Below, one piece after another: positions 19,914 through 30,269 of a stretch of 64,000 nucleotides of DNA (its first letter is position 1; every line of letters starts with the position of its first letter). The stretch covers positions 120,265-184,264 of the forward strand of contig JAFRTL010000009.1 of assembly GCA_017427065.1 (NCBI GenBank), given 5' to 3'. Under the pieces are notes generated by a model. The model was given only the letters and a program-made list of their open reading frames with translations, searched no databases and was not told the DNA's origin. Position numbers and translations under genes: made by a program. Source of the DNA: Bacteroidaceae bacterium (GTDB lineage: Bacteria; Bacteroidota; Bacteroidia; Bacteroidales; Bacteroidaceae).

Positions 19914-20572
19914 TCCTTTTCCAATCTGTTACCTTTGATATTCACTTGTTTTTTCACTCTGTCTTGAACATCTTTCTCGTCCTGCATCACCGATCTCAAC
20001 AATTGCTCGGCATTCTCCTTAGACATCTGGTTATCATTGTTCTGTTCTTGATTCTGTTGCTGCTGTTGCTGTTCATTTTGTTGCTGTTGTTGTTGCTCTT
20101 GTTGATTCTGCTCTTGATTCTGATTCTGTTGCTGTCCATCTTTGAGCATCTTCATTGCTAGGGCAAGATTATACCTCGTCTCATCATCATGTGGGTTCTT
20201 CCTCAGTGCCTCTTTGTAGGCAGCAATGGCTTTTTGATAATCTTTCTGCGTATGCCAGATAACTCCCACATTATGTAAATCTTTGGCCAAATTCTCTTTG
20301 TCTTTCTCAATATTGGCTACCGTAGCATATTGCTCCAAAGCCTCTTGAGGTTTATTTTGATAAAGAAGCGCATTACCTAAATTATACATGGCCATCGTAG
20401 AATTAGGGTTTGCATCAAGCGCCTTCCTATAATTGATTTCTGCATCCACGTAGGTACTATCTTTATAAAATCTATTCCCTCTACGCAGATAGTTGCGTTC
20501 TGCTTTCTGCGCCATAAGATTTGCGCCAGTAAGCAAGAGTAAGAGTAAGACTATGTATTTCTTCATATTCAT
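19907..20572 (-). CDS. batC: BatC TPR protein
   Basis: TPR motifs, Q-rich linker, MSKENAEQLL and EKDW end. Confidence 0.9.
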   Translation of the reverse strand: MNMKKYIVLLLLLLTGANLMAQKAERNYLRRGNRFYKDSTYVDAEINYRKALDANPNSTMAMYNLGNALLYQNKPQEALEQYATVANIEKDKENLAKDLHNVGVIWHTQKDYQKAIAAYKEALRKNPHDDETRYNLALAMKMLKDGQQQNQNQEQNQQEQQQQQQNEQQQQQQNQEQNNDNQMSKENAEQLLRSVMQDEKDVQDRVKKQVNIKGNRLEKDW

Positions 20573-20579
20573 CCTATTA

Positions 20580-21611
20580 TCAACGTTTTACTGAAAATAG
20601 ATGTATATTCTTGAACAAAGGATTCTTTCGCTCTAATATGACCATTTCCAATACCAGTAAGATAAGAATCAACCAAGCAACAGCCTGGAATTGTTCGTTG
20701 AACGCTGTATAGATTTTAGATTCAATATCAGCTTTCGCCAATTTATCGATTTCTTTCTCCAATGCCCTCTGTGCAACGTTCGAATTATCTACATGTGCAT
20801 ACATGCCGTTTCCAAGTCGGGCAATATCTTGGCACATCTGTTCATTCAATTTTGTTATCACGATATTTCCTTCACGATCTTTCCGATATTGGTTATCCCC
20901 ATTTTCACTAGGAATTGGCGCACCTTCTGGAGAGCCTATGCCTAAGACATTGACTTGAATACCATTATCAGATGCTTTTTTAGCAGCTGCTTCAGCACCT
21001 CCTTCGTGATTCTCACCATCAGTAATGATAATGATGGTCTTCCCTACTCCTTCTTGTGGTGTAAAACTATTGATGGCAAGGTTAATCGCAGCTCCAATAG
21101 AGGTACCTTGTTTGGAAATTAATGAGGGTGAAATGGTTTCCAAGAACATCTTTGCGGAAATGTAATCGCTGGTGATAGGCAACTGTGTATAAGCATCTCC
21201 AGCAAATACGATGATACCTATCTTATCGTTTTCCATTCTATCCACCAACTGTGCAACCATTCGTTTGGCTTTATCCAATCTGCTCGGTTGTATATCTTTA
21301 GCCAACATGGAGTTGGAGATGTCAATTGCAATGATTGCTTCAATACCTTCCCGCTTTACTGTTTCTAATTTAGCTCCATACTGAGGACGAGCGAGAAGTA
21401 CTGCAAAGAGTGCGATGACAACCAACATAAGAATCATCTTGATCCTAATTCTACCGATAGAGGCATCAGGCATCAGGAACTCCATCAGTTCTTCATCGCC
21501 AAAATCTTTGATGGCTTTCTTACGCTTGTAATCTGAATAGAAATAGAAAGCCAATCCCAAAGGTATCAGCAACAACAAATATAAATATGTAGGCTCTTCA
21601 AATCTAAACAT
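20580..21611 (-). CDS. batB: BatB vWA-domain protein
   Basis: MIDAS DISNSM, ITDGENHEG and LARPQYG. Confidence 0.9.
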   Translation of the reverse strand: MFRFEEPTYLYLLLLIPLGLAFYFYSDYKRKKAIKDFGDEELMEFLMPDASIGRIRIKMILMLVVIALFAVLLARPQYGAKLETVKREGIEAIIAIDISNSMLAKDIQPSRLDKAKRMVAQLVDRMENDKIGIIVFAGDAYTQLPITSDYISAKMFLETISPSLISKQGTSIGAAINLAINSFTPQEGVGKTIIIITDGENHEGGAEAAAKKASDNGIQVNVLGIGSPEGAPIPSENGDNQYRKDREGNIVITKLNEQMCQDIARLGNGMYAHVDNSNVAQRALEKEIDKLAKADIESKIYTAFNEQFQAVAWLILILLVLEMVILERKNPLFKNIHLFSVKR

Positions 21612-21626
21612 CTTTTTTCTTCATTG

Positions 21627-22610
21627 TTACGGTATTCTCCTAAGAATCGTGTGACGCAATAGGACTTCCAACAAAACACACAGGAAAGCGATTATGGCGA
21701 ACAATTCAAACTCCTCATTACGCTTGCTGAATTGCTTCACGCTGATCTTAGTCTTCTCCAACTTGTCAATTTCTTCATACACTTCCTTCAACTTGGAATT
21801 GCTGGTTGCTCTATAATAAAGACCATCTGCCACATTAGCTATCTGTGTCAGCGTTCCCTCATCGATTTCTACAGGCACATTGATGTATTGAACCGTTCCA
21901 CCCACAGGATATGGATAAGGAGCCGTTCCGTTTGTTCCCACACCGATCGTATAGACCCTGATGCCAAAACTCTTGGCAATCTCTGCTGCAGTTAGCGGAG
22001 AAATATCTCCCATATTATTAGTTCCGTCTGTCAAAAGGATAATGACCTTAGAAATGGCATTACTGTCTTTCAACCTTGAAACGGCATTTGCAATGCCCAT
22101 ACCCACTGCAGTACCATCTTCTATCATGCCACATTCAGCCTGACCAATCAGATTCAACAGTACGGAATGATCTACGGTTAATGGGCACTGCGTAAAACTT
22201 TCGCCAGCAAAAAGTGTCACACCAATATTATCATACGGTCTTCCGTTAATGAACTGTGTGGCCACTTCTTTCGCAGCTTCCAATCTGTTTGGCTTCAGGT
22301 CTTCTGCCAACATACTCGTAGAGATGTCAAGTGCCAACATGATATCGATGCCTTCGGTCTCACTGTTTTGCCAGCTATCTGTCGATTGTGGTCTCGCTAA
22401 TACAATCACAATCATCGCCAGTGCCAAAGTCCTTAATACAAAAGGAGCATGGATTAAATAATTCTTATAGCTTTTCGGGGCAGTATCATATACATTCGTG
22501 TCTGAGACCTGAAGCGATGCTTCAGCGCTCTTACGTTTCCAAACATACCATAGTATATATGGTATTAGAAGTAACAGTAAAAACAGATATTCCTTGTTAG
22601 CAAATATCAT
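21627..22610 (-). CDS. batA: BatA vWA-domain protein
   Basis: MIDAS DISTSM, LLTDGTNN and LARPQ. Confidence 0.92.
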   Translation of the reverse strand: MIFANKEYLFLLLLLIPYILWYVWKRKSAEASLQVSDTNVYDTAPKSYKNYLIHAPFVLRTLALAMIVIVLARPQSTDSWQNSETEGIDIMLALDISTSMLAEDLKPNRLEAAKEVATQFINGRPYDNIGVTLFAGESFTQCPLTVDHSVLLNLIGQAECGMIEDGTAVGMGIANAVSRLKDSNAISKVIILLTDGTNNMGDISPLTAAEIAKSFGIRVYTIGVGTNGTAPYPYPVGGTVQYINVPVEIDEGTLTQIANVADGLYYRATSNSKLKEVYEEIDKLEKTKISVKQFSKRNEEFELFAIIAFLCVLLEVLLRHTILRRIP

Positions 22611-22631
22611 TTTCTCAGTTAATTTTAGTAT

Positions 22632-23702
22632 TTAAGCATAATAGTAATATAGCTCTCGTCCAACATAGATGACAGCTAACAGGAGCACTATTACTATCAG
22701 CACAATAATTCCTCCTAATATCAACTTGGTACGAAGAGGACGTTTTTCTATGATTGTTATTTCTGTAGGTTCAGGCTTCGCATTTGGATCTGCTATTTCC
22801 TTTGTTTCATTGACAAACTTCAGCGCGCTCAATAAATTAGCGTCGTTCTCGTTCATTAGTGGAACATGCTTTGCAAATTTAACCAAATCAGAAGTCTGGA
22901 ACAAACTTTTCAATTCTTCTATGGCCTTCTCATCTTTAACCTCCAGGAGTTTATCGATGATTTCTGTAGAAGTCATCTCCATGGCGTTGAAGCCAAAGCG
23001 TCGATTGATATAATTTCGTATCGCATCCGAAAGTTCTGTGTAATATTCTTTCTGGAGTCCTTTCTGCCAGGCCTTCTCGTTTTTGATTCTTTCCAATTCT
23101 CTCAGAGCCAATTCGTGTGCAGGTAATTTGGGATCAACTTTGACTTTGCGAATAATCGGTTGGTTATCCCTGATGCGTTTGATGAAATAATACAACAAAT
23201 ACGCCAATGGGAAAAACAAAACGATGCATGCGATAACCAAATACCAATCTGACCACACAAATCGAGGAGTCAACACATCTTTAGGACCGAAGAATTGATC
23301 AGGATGCAAGGTATCTACAGGAAATGAATATACTTTCAATGCCAAAGGATTGGACTGATAAACCTCCCCTCCTACTTCCACTTCCATCGGAGGAAGGTAA
23401 TAGAGGGCAGAATCGAATGATGTGATGATGTATTTTTGTTTTAAAACCAGACGTTTTCCATCATTCAAGTATTCAGAATCCGGTTTCGCCATTTCAATCA
23501 GTTCTACTCCACTCACGAGTGTATCACTGAATATCGGCATTTTGATGTGTTTATCTGCATCGGCAGAAACCTCCAATGTGATGCCTGTTTGCTCTCCAAT
23601 TAAGATTTGCAAAGAATCAATTTGGGCATTCACAGTGACAGATTGTGCAAATACCTGCGCAAATATAGTTGAGAAAAATATCAGTATAAAAATCCTTTTC
23701 AT
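22632..23702 (-). CDS. Conserved membrane protein of the bat locus
   Basis: Signal peptide, TSFDSALYYLPP, SDLVKFAK and two TM segments; between DUF58 and batA. Confidence 0.75.
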   Translation of the reverse strand: MKRIFILIFFSTIFAQVFAQSVTVNAQIDSLQILIGEQTGITLEVSADADKHIKMPIFSDTLVSGVELIEMAKPDSEYLNDGKRLVLKQKYIITSFDSALYYLPPMEVEVGGEVYQSNPLALKVYSFPVDTLHPDQFFGPKDVLTPRFVWSDWYLVIACIVLFFPLAYLLYYFIKRIRDNQPIIRKVKVDPKLPAHELALRELERIKNEKAWQKGLQKEYYTELSDAIRNYINRRFGFNAMEMTSTEIIDKLLEVKDEKAIEELKSLFQTSDLVKFAKHVPLMNENDANLLSALKFVNETKEIADPNAKPEPTEITIIEKRPLRTKLILGGIIVLIVIVLLLAVIYVGRELYYYYA

Positions 23703-23709
23703 CCGTATA

Positions 23710-24579
23710 CTAATTTCTTTTGGCAAACAGATTCATCAATGCTTTCACATAATCTTGATCTGTTCTTACCGAAACCACATCTACATTGCTCTTGGTGAAC
23801 ATCTCACCAAGTTGCAACTGCTTGTTGACCCACCATTCATGATGTGCTTTACGTACAGCTTTTGACGAGGTATCTATCCATTGTTCTGCTCCAGTTTCTG
23901 CATCTTTGACTCTGATCAATCCAACAGACGGAAGCTCTGCTAATCGACGATCATATACTTGAACGGCAACCATATCGTGTTTTCTGTTGGCAATGGTCAT
24001 GGCATTCTGGAAGTCAGCCTTATCTAAAAAATCAGAAAGAATGAATGCCGTACAACGGCGTTTCATAACATTTGTCAGATATTCCAAAGCAGCACCGATA
24101 TTCGTCTTTCTGCTGGTTGGCTGGAAATCAAGCAATTCTCTGATTATATAGAGGATATGCTTCCTTCCTTTTTTAGGAGGAATGAATTTTTCAATCTTGT
24201 CAGAGAAGAAAATCACCCCAATCTTATCGTTGTTCTGGATAGCAGAAAAAGCCAATGTCGCAGCAATTTCAGCGACCATGTCTTTTTTCAGTTGCTTGAC
24301 AGTTCCGAACTCCAAACTACCAGAGACATCAATCAGCAACATGACGGTCAGTTCGCGCTCTTCTTCGTATACTTTGATATAAGGTCTGTGAAAACGAGCC
24401 GTTACATTCCAGTCAATATCGCGTACATCGTCTCCATATTGGTATTCTCTCACTTCAGAGAATGCCATACCCCTACCCTTGAAGGCCGAATGATATTCGC
24501 CTGCAAAGATGTTGTTCGACAATCCGCGTGTCTTGATTTCTATGCGACGTACTCTATTTATAAGCTCAGTTGCTTCCAT
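23710..24579 (-). CDS. DUF58 vWA-like protein
   Basis: Motifs FKGRGMAFSEVREYQYGDDVRDIDWNVTAR and DVSGS. Confidence 0.92.
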   Translation of the reverse strand: MEATELINRVRRIEIKTRGLSNNIFAGEYHSAFKGRGMAFSEVREYQYGDDVRDIDWNVTARFHRPYIKVYEEERELTVMLLIDVSGSLEFGTVKQLKKDMVAEIAATLAFSAIQNNDKIGVIFFSDKIEKFIPPKKGRKHILYIIRELLDFQPTSRKTNIGAALEYLTNVMKRRCTAFILSDFLDKADFQNAMTIANRKHDMVAVQVYDRRLAELPSVGLIRVKDAETGAEQWIDTSSKAVRKAHHEWWVNKQLQLGEMFTKSNVDVVSVRTDQDYVKALMNLFAKRN

Positions 24580-24598
24580 ATATCAAAAGCGCTAGGTG

Positions 24599-25594
24599 TT
24601 ATGGCACTTCTACCTTATTCAGAATCTTGCTTACTATTTCATCTGCAGTCATGTTGCTGGCTTCAGCTTCGTAAGTCAAACCGATACGATGACGAAGCAC
24701 ATCATGAGCCACCGCACGTACATCTTCAGGAATCACGTAGCCACGACGCTTGATGAACGCATAGCTTCTTGCAGCTAATGCCAAATTGATAGATGCACGA
24801 GGTGAACCTCCGAAGCTAATCATGTCCTTCAATTCATCAAGACCGTACTTTTCTGGGTATCGACTGGCAAATACGATGTCAACGATATATTTTTCGATTT
24901 TCTCGTCGATGTAAACCTGACGAACGACCTTACGAGCCTCCATGATTTCCTGAGCAGACATGATAGGTTTCACTTCCTGCTCTTCTCCAGAGATGTTCTG
25001 TCTGATAATAAGCTTCTCTTCTTCCAACTTTGGATAGTCAATGACTACCTTCAGCATGAAACGGTCCACTTGAGCTTCGGGCAACTGGTACGTTCCTTCT
25101 TGCTCAATAGGGTTTTGGGTAGCCAACACCAAGAATGGTTCTGGAAGTGTGAACGTCTCACTACCAATAGTAACTTGGCGTTCTTGCATGGCTTCAAGCA
25201 GTGCACTCTGCACCTTAGCGGGTGCTCTGTTTATTTCATCAGCCAATACAAAATTGGCAAACACTGGACCTTTCTTCACATGGAAGCCTTCATCTTTCTG
25301 ACTGTAAACCATCGTACCTATCACATCGGCAGGCAACAGGTCTGGAGTAAACTGAATGCGACTGTATTTGGCATCGATCAGTGAAGCCAATGTCTTAATG
25401 GCTAAGGTCTTAGCCAAACCAGGAACACCTTCAAGCAGCACGTGACCGTCTGAAAGCAAACCTATCAACAATGATTCTACCAAATGTTTCTGACCAACGA
25501 TTACTTGATCCATTCCTTTGGTCAGATTTACCACGAAAGTACTTTGCCTTTCGATGCGTTCATTCAATTCTCGAATATCAATTATTTCAGACAT
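24599..25594 (-). CDS. moxR: MoxR family AAA+ ATPase
   Basis: Motifs GVPGLAKT, RIQFTPDLLPAD, DEINRAPAKVQSALLEAM and ATQNPIEQEGTY. Confidence 0.95.
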   Translation of the reverse strand: MSEIIDIRELNERIERQSTFVVNLTKGMDQVIVGQKHLVESLLIGLLSDGHVLLEGVPGLAKTLAIKTLASLIDAKYSRIQFTPDLLPADVIGTMVYSQKDEGFHVKKGPVFANFVLADEINRAPAKVQSALLEAMQERQVTIGSETFTLPEPFLVLATQNPIEQEGTYQLPEAQVDRFMLKVVIDYPKLEEEKLIIRQNISGEEQEVKPIMSAQEIMEARKVVRQVYIDEKIEKYIVDIVFASRYPEKYGLDELKDMISFGGSPRASINLALAARSYAFIKRRGYVIPEDVRAVAHDVLRHRIGLTYEAEASNMTADEIVSKILNKVEVP

Positions 25595-25761
25595 AAATTG
25601 TTATAAATTATGTTATTTCTTTCCTTTTTCAAAATGCGACCCAAAAATACTTCTTTCTATCCTTCTAACCAATTATTAAGTATTAAAAAAAGTATATAAA
25701 AGGCCTATTTAAAATACTTTTATACACTTTAGTAAATCTACAACAAGAAAACTGCTTTTTC

Positions 25762-26340
25762 TCATAAGACTAAGAAGACAATACCAAGGATTGTCAACAC
25801 TATTAACAGAATACCTACAGCATAGTTTAGCCATTTGGAATGGCTTTGGTGTGAAGTTTCTATTTGCGTTTCTGAAATAAATGCTGCCATTGTAGGGGTC
25901 TTCTCTTCCTCTACAACAGGTACAGACTCCTCCGTAATTTCCAATTCCTCACGAACTTCTTCAAGCTTCTCCTCCTCTTCCGAAGGTACTTCAATCAAAG
26001 TATCTTTTAGGATGGATTCCTCATGAAGTATCACATTCTCAAAATTAGCAAATGGCTTATTTATCAATTCTTTGAGTTCGCTGTCTGGAGTAAATGAAAC
26101 TTTCGTGTGTCCTTCTATATCTATAGGTTTACCAGTGTTCACATCTATACTTGAACGGTTTTCAACTTCCATCAATTTAAAGGTTCCAAGACCCTTAATC
26201 TTTACATAGCTATCTTGTTGCAGACCTTCTTGAATCAAGGCAAAAAACTCCTTCAAGAAATGCTCTTCACTCTTTTTAGTGGTCCCATTCCTTTCGGCCA
26301 TCAGGTCTACGAGATGCTGCATGTTGAGTTTTGCGTTCAT
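25762..26340 (-). CDS. HU family DNA-binding protein with C-terminal TM helix
   Basis: HU fold VKIKGLGTFK..VSFTPD, acidic linker and hydrophobic C-terminus. Confidence 0.85.
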   Translation of the reverse strand: MNAKLNMQHLVDLMAERNGTTKKSEEHFLKEFFALIQEGLQQDSYVKIKGLGTFKLMEVENRSSIDVNTGKPIDIEGHTKVSFTPDSELKELINKPFANFENVILHEESILKDTLIEVPSEEEEKLEEVREELEITEESVPVVEEEKTPTMAAFISETQIETSHQSHSKWLNYAVGILLIVLTILGIVFLVL

Positions 26341-26618
26341 AGGTCTTTCTTTATTCTTTCTTTCAATAGCGGACTGGCTTTGAAGGTCAGGACCAATTTG
26401 GGAGGTACTAACATACGCTGCTTTGTAGTAGGATGTACGGTTATTCGTTCTTCTTTCTTCTTCACTTCAAAAACTCCAAAGTGCTGAATGGAGATAGAAT
26501 CACCTTCTGTCCATCGATTGGAGAGTTCCTCCATCAATGAACTGATGAGGACAGAAGTTCTTCTGGCAGATAGTCCCAATCTCTTAGCTAATTCTGATGT
26601 AAATTCCTTGTTGTTCAT
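26337..26618 (-). CDS. HU family DNA-binding protein
   Basis: MNNKEFTSELA, FGVFEVKKK and LVPPKLVLTFK. Confidence 0.88.
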   Translation of the reverse strand: MNNKEFTSELAKRLGLSARRTSVLISSLMEELSNRWTEGDSISIQHFGVFEVKKKEERITVHPTTKQRMLVPPKLVLTFKASPLLKERIKKDL

Positions 26619-26625
26619 ATCTTCA

Positions 26626-27921
26626 TTATTCTACTACACTGCCGTAAAGTTCATAATCACTAGAGTCCTTTATTAAAACCTGATAGAAACAGCCAGTGCG
26701 TAAGCGACGTTCAGATGCAGGAATCATGACTTCAGGATCAACTTCAGGAGAGTCAAATTCAGTACGCCCCACATAATAGTCGCCTTCCTTTCTATCAATG
26801 ATGACTTTTAGGATCTTCCCTACTTTCGACGCATTGATCTCACCAGATATCTCCGCTTGAATGGCCATCAGTTCATCAAGTCTTTGTTGTTTCACTTCTG
26901 GAGGAACATTATCTGAATGATGTAATGCTGCATAAGTGCCTTCTTCTTCAGAATAAGCAAAGGCTCCCATACGTTCAAAGCGCATTGTTCGCACAAAATC
27001 TTTAAGTTCATCAAAATCTTTCTCCGTTTCTCCAGGATATCCCACCATTAATGTGGTACGAATATGAATGCCAGGAACTTCCTTGCGAATGGTTTTGATG
27101 AGTTGGAGAGTTTCTTCTTTAGTCACATGCCTACGCATACGCTCCAAGATGGAGTCACTGATGTGTTGCAAGGCGATATCCAGATACTTGCAGACATTCG
27201 GCTTTTCTCGCATTACCTTTAACAAATCCATTGGAAATTCAGCGGGATATGCATAATGAAGCCTAATCCATTTCACTCCCTTAATCGAAGCCATCTGTTC
27301 TATAAGTTCGGCTATTTTAGGAGCTCCATAAATATCTATGCCATAAAAAGTAAGCTCTTGAGCGATGATTTGAAATTCCTTTACTCCTTGTGATACTAAT
27401 AACCTCACTTCATTTAGAATGTCCTCCATAGGACGAGAAATAAAACGGCCAGTTATTAATGGAATGGCACAATAAGAACAGAAACGGTTACAACCTTCTG
27501 CGATCTTCACATAAGCATAATGACGAGGAGTAGTCAGGCAACGGTTGTCAGAAGCAGGAGAATCCTTTCCTAAATCATGCAACAGATTCACCCAATCGAA
27601 TTTCCCATAGAACTTGTCAACTTGCGGAATCTCCTGTTGAAGTTCCTTACGATAACGCTCTGAAAGACATCCCATCACATAGAGCTTCTTGATTCTTCCC
27701 TCTTCTTTGGCTTCTGCAAACTCCAAAATCATATTGACTGATTCCTCCTTGGCATCAGCAATAAAACCACAGGTATTGATTACTACGATTTCGCCTTGAG
27801 GATTAGGATCATCATGCGTACAATCAAAGCCGGCAGCCACAAACTGAGCCATCAGCTTCTCAGAATCTACCAGATTCTTGGAACAACCTAATGTAATAAT
27901 ATCTACTGTCTTACGTTTCAT
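26626..27921 (-). CDS. rimO: Ribosomal protein S12 methylthiotransferase RimO
   Basis: LGCSKNLVDSE, radical SAM motif CNRFCSYC and DSPEVD. Confidence 0.96.
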   Translation of the reverse strand: MKRKTVDIITLGCSKNLVDSEKLMAQFVAAGFDCTHDDPNPQGEIVVINTCGFIADAKEESVNMILEFAEAKEEGRIKKLYVMGCLSERYRKELQQEIPQVDKFYGKFDWVNLLHDLGKDSPASDNRCLTTPRHYAYVKIAEGCNRFCSYCAIPLITGRFISRPMEDILNEVRLLVSQGVKEFQIIAQELTFYGIDIYGAPKIAELIEQMASIKGVKWIRLHYAYPAEFPMDLLKVMREKPNVCKYLDIALQHISDSILERMRRHVTKEETLQLIKTIRKEVPGIHIRTTLMVGYPGETEKDFDELKDFVRTMRFERMGAFAYSEEEGTYAALHHSDNVPPEVKQQRLDELMAIQAEISGEINASKVGKILKVIIDRKEGDYYVGRTEFDSPEVDPEVMIPASERRLRTGCFYQVLIKDSSDYELYGSVVE

Positions 27922-28877
27922 GCATTTTCTCCAAATAGAGAATCCACAAATTCTGCGCGACGGAAAACTTGTAAGTCTTCCATACCTTCACCTAGTCCTA
28001 TGTATTTCACTGGAATCTTGAATTGATCAGAGATGCCTATCACTACTCCACCTTTTGCCGTTCCATCAAGTTTCGTCACTGCCATAGCGGTAACTTCTGT
28101 GGCCTTAGTAAATTGCTTGGCTTGTTCAAATGCATTCTGTCCAGTAGAGCCATCCAGTACCAGCAACACTTCATTAGGAGCATCTGCCACTACTTTCTTC
28201 ATGACATTCTTGATTTTTGTCAGCTCGTTCATCAAACCAATCTTGTTATGCAAACGTCCTGCCGTATCGATGATGACGACATCTGCATCATTAGCAATGG
28301 CAGAACTAAGGGTATCATATGCCACAGATGCAGGATCAGCTCCCATCTTTTGTTTGATGACGGGCACTCCTACACGTTCACCCCATATTTCCAACTGCTC
28401 CACAGCAGCAGCGCGGAAGGTATCGGCAGCTCCCAAGTACACTTTCTTTCCAGCCTTCTTGTATTGATAAGCTAATTTTCCGATGGTTGTAGTTTTCCCT
28501 ACTCCATTGACACCGACAACCAGTACCACATAAGGTTTGTTATTAATAGGAGCCTCAAAGTCATCTACGTCCTCCGAGTTGTTTTCCGTCAGCAATGAGC
28601 CAATCTCATCTTTCAAGATACCATTCAGCTCATTGGTATTCATATACTTATCCTTGGCCACACGTTGCTCGATGCGTTCGATGATCTTCAGAGTGGTTTC
28701 TACACCTACATCAGAGGTAATCAGAACTTCCTCCAGATTGTCCAACACATCATCATCCACTTTGGTCTTTCCAGCCAAAGCACGTGCCATTTTTCCGAAG
28801 AAGCTTTCCTTGGTCTTCGACAGACCCTTATCTAAAGTCTCTTTCTTTTCCTTAGAGAAAATACTAAATAATCCCAT
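27918..28877 (-). CDS. ftsY: SRP receptor FtsY
   Basis: Motifs GVNGVGKTTTIGKLA, DTAGRL and TKLDGTAKGG. Confidence 0.97.
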   Translation of the reverse strand: MGLFSIFSKEKKETLDKGLSKTKESFFGKMARALAGKTKVDDDVLDNLEEVLITSDVGVETTLKIIERIEQRVAKDKYMNTNELNGILKDEIGSLLTENNSEDVDDFEAPINNKPYVVLVVGVNGVGKTTTIGKLAYQYKKAGKKVYLGAADTFRAAAVEQLEIWGERVGVPVIKQKMGADPASVAYDTLSSAIANDADVVIIDTAGRLHNKIGLMNELTKIKNVMKKVVADAPNEVLLVLDGSTGQNAFEQAKQFTKATEVTAMAVTKLDGTAKGGVVIGISDQFKIPVKYIGLGEGMEDLQVFRRAEFVDSLFGENA

Positions 28878-28949
28878 TTCTATACCTTATTATTATATAG
28901 ACACAAAGATAGTGCAAATCGTGGGCACTTCAAAACTTTTGCACAAAAA

Positions 28950-28987
28950 AAACTCCCTCGCCAGTTTCGAAACTAGTGAGGGAGTTT
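28950..28987 (-). terminator. Intrinsic terminator of the rpmB-rpmG-DUF4295 operon
   Basis: Hairpin aaactccctcgccagttt..aactagtgagggagttt preceded by an A run on the plus strand. Confidence 0.75.
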
Positions 28988-29019
28988 ATATTTCCTAACT
29001 AACAAGAAAAACTTGTGGA

Positions 29020-29181
29020 TTACTTATTATTGAAGAAATCCTGAACCTTCTCGTTAAGTACCATTTGCTCGTCGAAGATGTAAGCACCAGTCTTAGGAGA
29101 CTTAACCATCTTGATCACCTTTGTGTAAGCACGACCTTCCTTATTGCCTTCGTGCAATGTTGCAACTGCCTTCTTTGCCAT
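29020..29181 (-). CDS. DUF4295 small protein (Bacteroidetes ribosomal protein bL38 candidate)
   Basis: 53-aa ORF below the track cutoff: MAKKAVATLHEGNKEGRAYTKVIKMVKSPKTGAYIFDEQMVLNEKVQDFFNNK; directly after rpmG. Confidence 0.88.
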   Translation of the reverse strand: MAKKAVATLHEGNKEGRAYTKVIKMVKSPKTGAYIFDEQMVLNEKVQDFFNNK

Positions 29182-29195
29182 GGTGTATACTTATT

Positions 29196-29384
29196 TTATT
29201 TGATTTCCTTATGAACTGTCATTCTCTTCAGGATTGGATTGTACTTCTTCAGCTCCAATCTCTCAGGGGTATTCTTCTTGTTCTTGGTAGTGATGTAACG
29301 AGATGTTCCTGGCATACCGCTATCTTTCATCTCAGTGCACTCCAGAATAACCTGAACTCTTGCGTCCTTCGTTTTCTTTGCCAT
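29196..29384 (-). CDS. rpmG: 50S ribosomal protein L33
   Basis: [22 protein letters not shown]. Confidence 0.97.
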   Translation of the reverse strand: MAKKTKDARVQVILECTEMKDSGMPGTSRYITTKNKKNTPERLELKKYNPILKRMTVHKEIK

Positions 29385-29405
29385 ACTCTGTATCTCCTTT
29401 TACTT

Positions 29406-29666
29406 TTAATCTAACACTTTAATGGACTTCCAATCGGTATAGCCCTTCTCTACTGCACGGTTCAATGCTGCATCCAAGCCAATCTTATTGATAAGGCGGA
29501 GACCCTGTGCACTCAACTTCAAACTTATCCAGCAATCCTGCTCTACATAGTAGAACTTCTTAGTAAACAAGTTCGCATCAAAGGTTCTCTTTGTTCTTCT
29601 CTTTGAGTGTGAAACATTGTTGCCATTCATGGCTTTAATACCTGTAATTTGACAAATCTTTGACAT
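29406..29666 (-). CDS. rpmB: 50S ribosomal protein L28
   Basis: [24 protein letters not shown]. Confidence 0.97.
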   Translation of the reverse strand: MSKICQITGIKAMNGNNVSHSKRRTKRTFDANLFTKKFYYVEQDCWISLKLSAQGLRLINKIGLDAALNRAVEKGYTDWKSIKVLD

Positions 29667-29717
29667 TTCTATCTTATATTTTATTGTTTTTATCTATAGG
29701 TTCTTTCAAACAGAGCG

Positions 29718-29725
29718 CAAAGTTA
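29718..29725 (-). promoter_or_regulatory. -7 promoter box (TAACTTTG) for the rpmB operon
   Basis: TAnnTTTG upstream of rpmB. Confidence 0.55.
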
Positions 29726-29786
29726 GTGTTTTTTTCTCACCCACACAAATTTTTGTAGAATAATTATTGTAAAAAGCGCTATTTTT

Positions 29787-30269
29787 TCATCCTTTTAGGA
29801 GTTTTTCTAGGAGTTTGAGGGCATTTTGGATGGCTTTTTCTATATTTTGTGCCCTTCCATTGTCTCCTTCTTGCTTCATCGTCACCACTTTATCGTGATA
29901 AGCAGCTGCTATCCAAATGGTGCCAACGGGACGTTCATCATCACCTCCTGTAGGACCTGCTATGCCCGATGTGGCAACTGCACAATCTGTCTTTAAGGCT
30001 TTCATGGCACCACGAGCCATTTCTTCCACGGTTTCAGCACTTACCACATTAAACTTTTCTATGGTTTCAGGCTTTACATGGAGTATCTGTTCCTTGACTT
30101 CATTCTGATAGGCCACGATGCCACCAATGAAATACTCGGAACTGCCTGAAATGGAGGTCATTCTTGCAGCTATTCCCCCACCCGTACAACTCTCTGCGGT
30201 GGCCATTGTCAGGTGCTTCTCTTTCAGCAAATCACCCAATGCCTTTTCTATTTTCGTACTCTTCTGCAT
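29787..30269 (-). CDS. cinA: CinA C-terminal domain / NMN amidohydrolase (PncC-like)
   Basis: Motifs [25 protein letters not shown] and PVGTIWIA. Confidence 0.9.
   Translation of the reverse strand: MQKSTKIEKALGDLLKEKHLTMATAESCTGGGIAARMTSISGSSEYFIGGIVAYQNEVKEQILHVKPETIEKFNVVSAETVEEMARGAMKALKTDCAVATSGIAGPTGGDDERPVGTIWIAAAYHDKVVTMKQEGDNGRAQNIEKAIQNALKLLEKLLKG

Noticed and set aside
20030..20135. CAG/CAA-rich repeat tract
   Set aside because: Encodes the normal Gln-rich linker of BatC.
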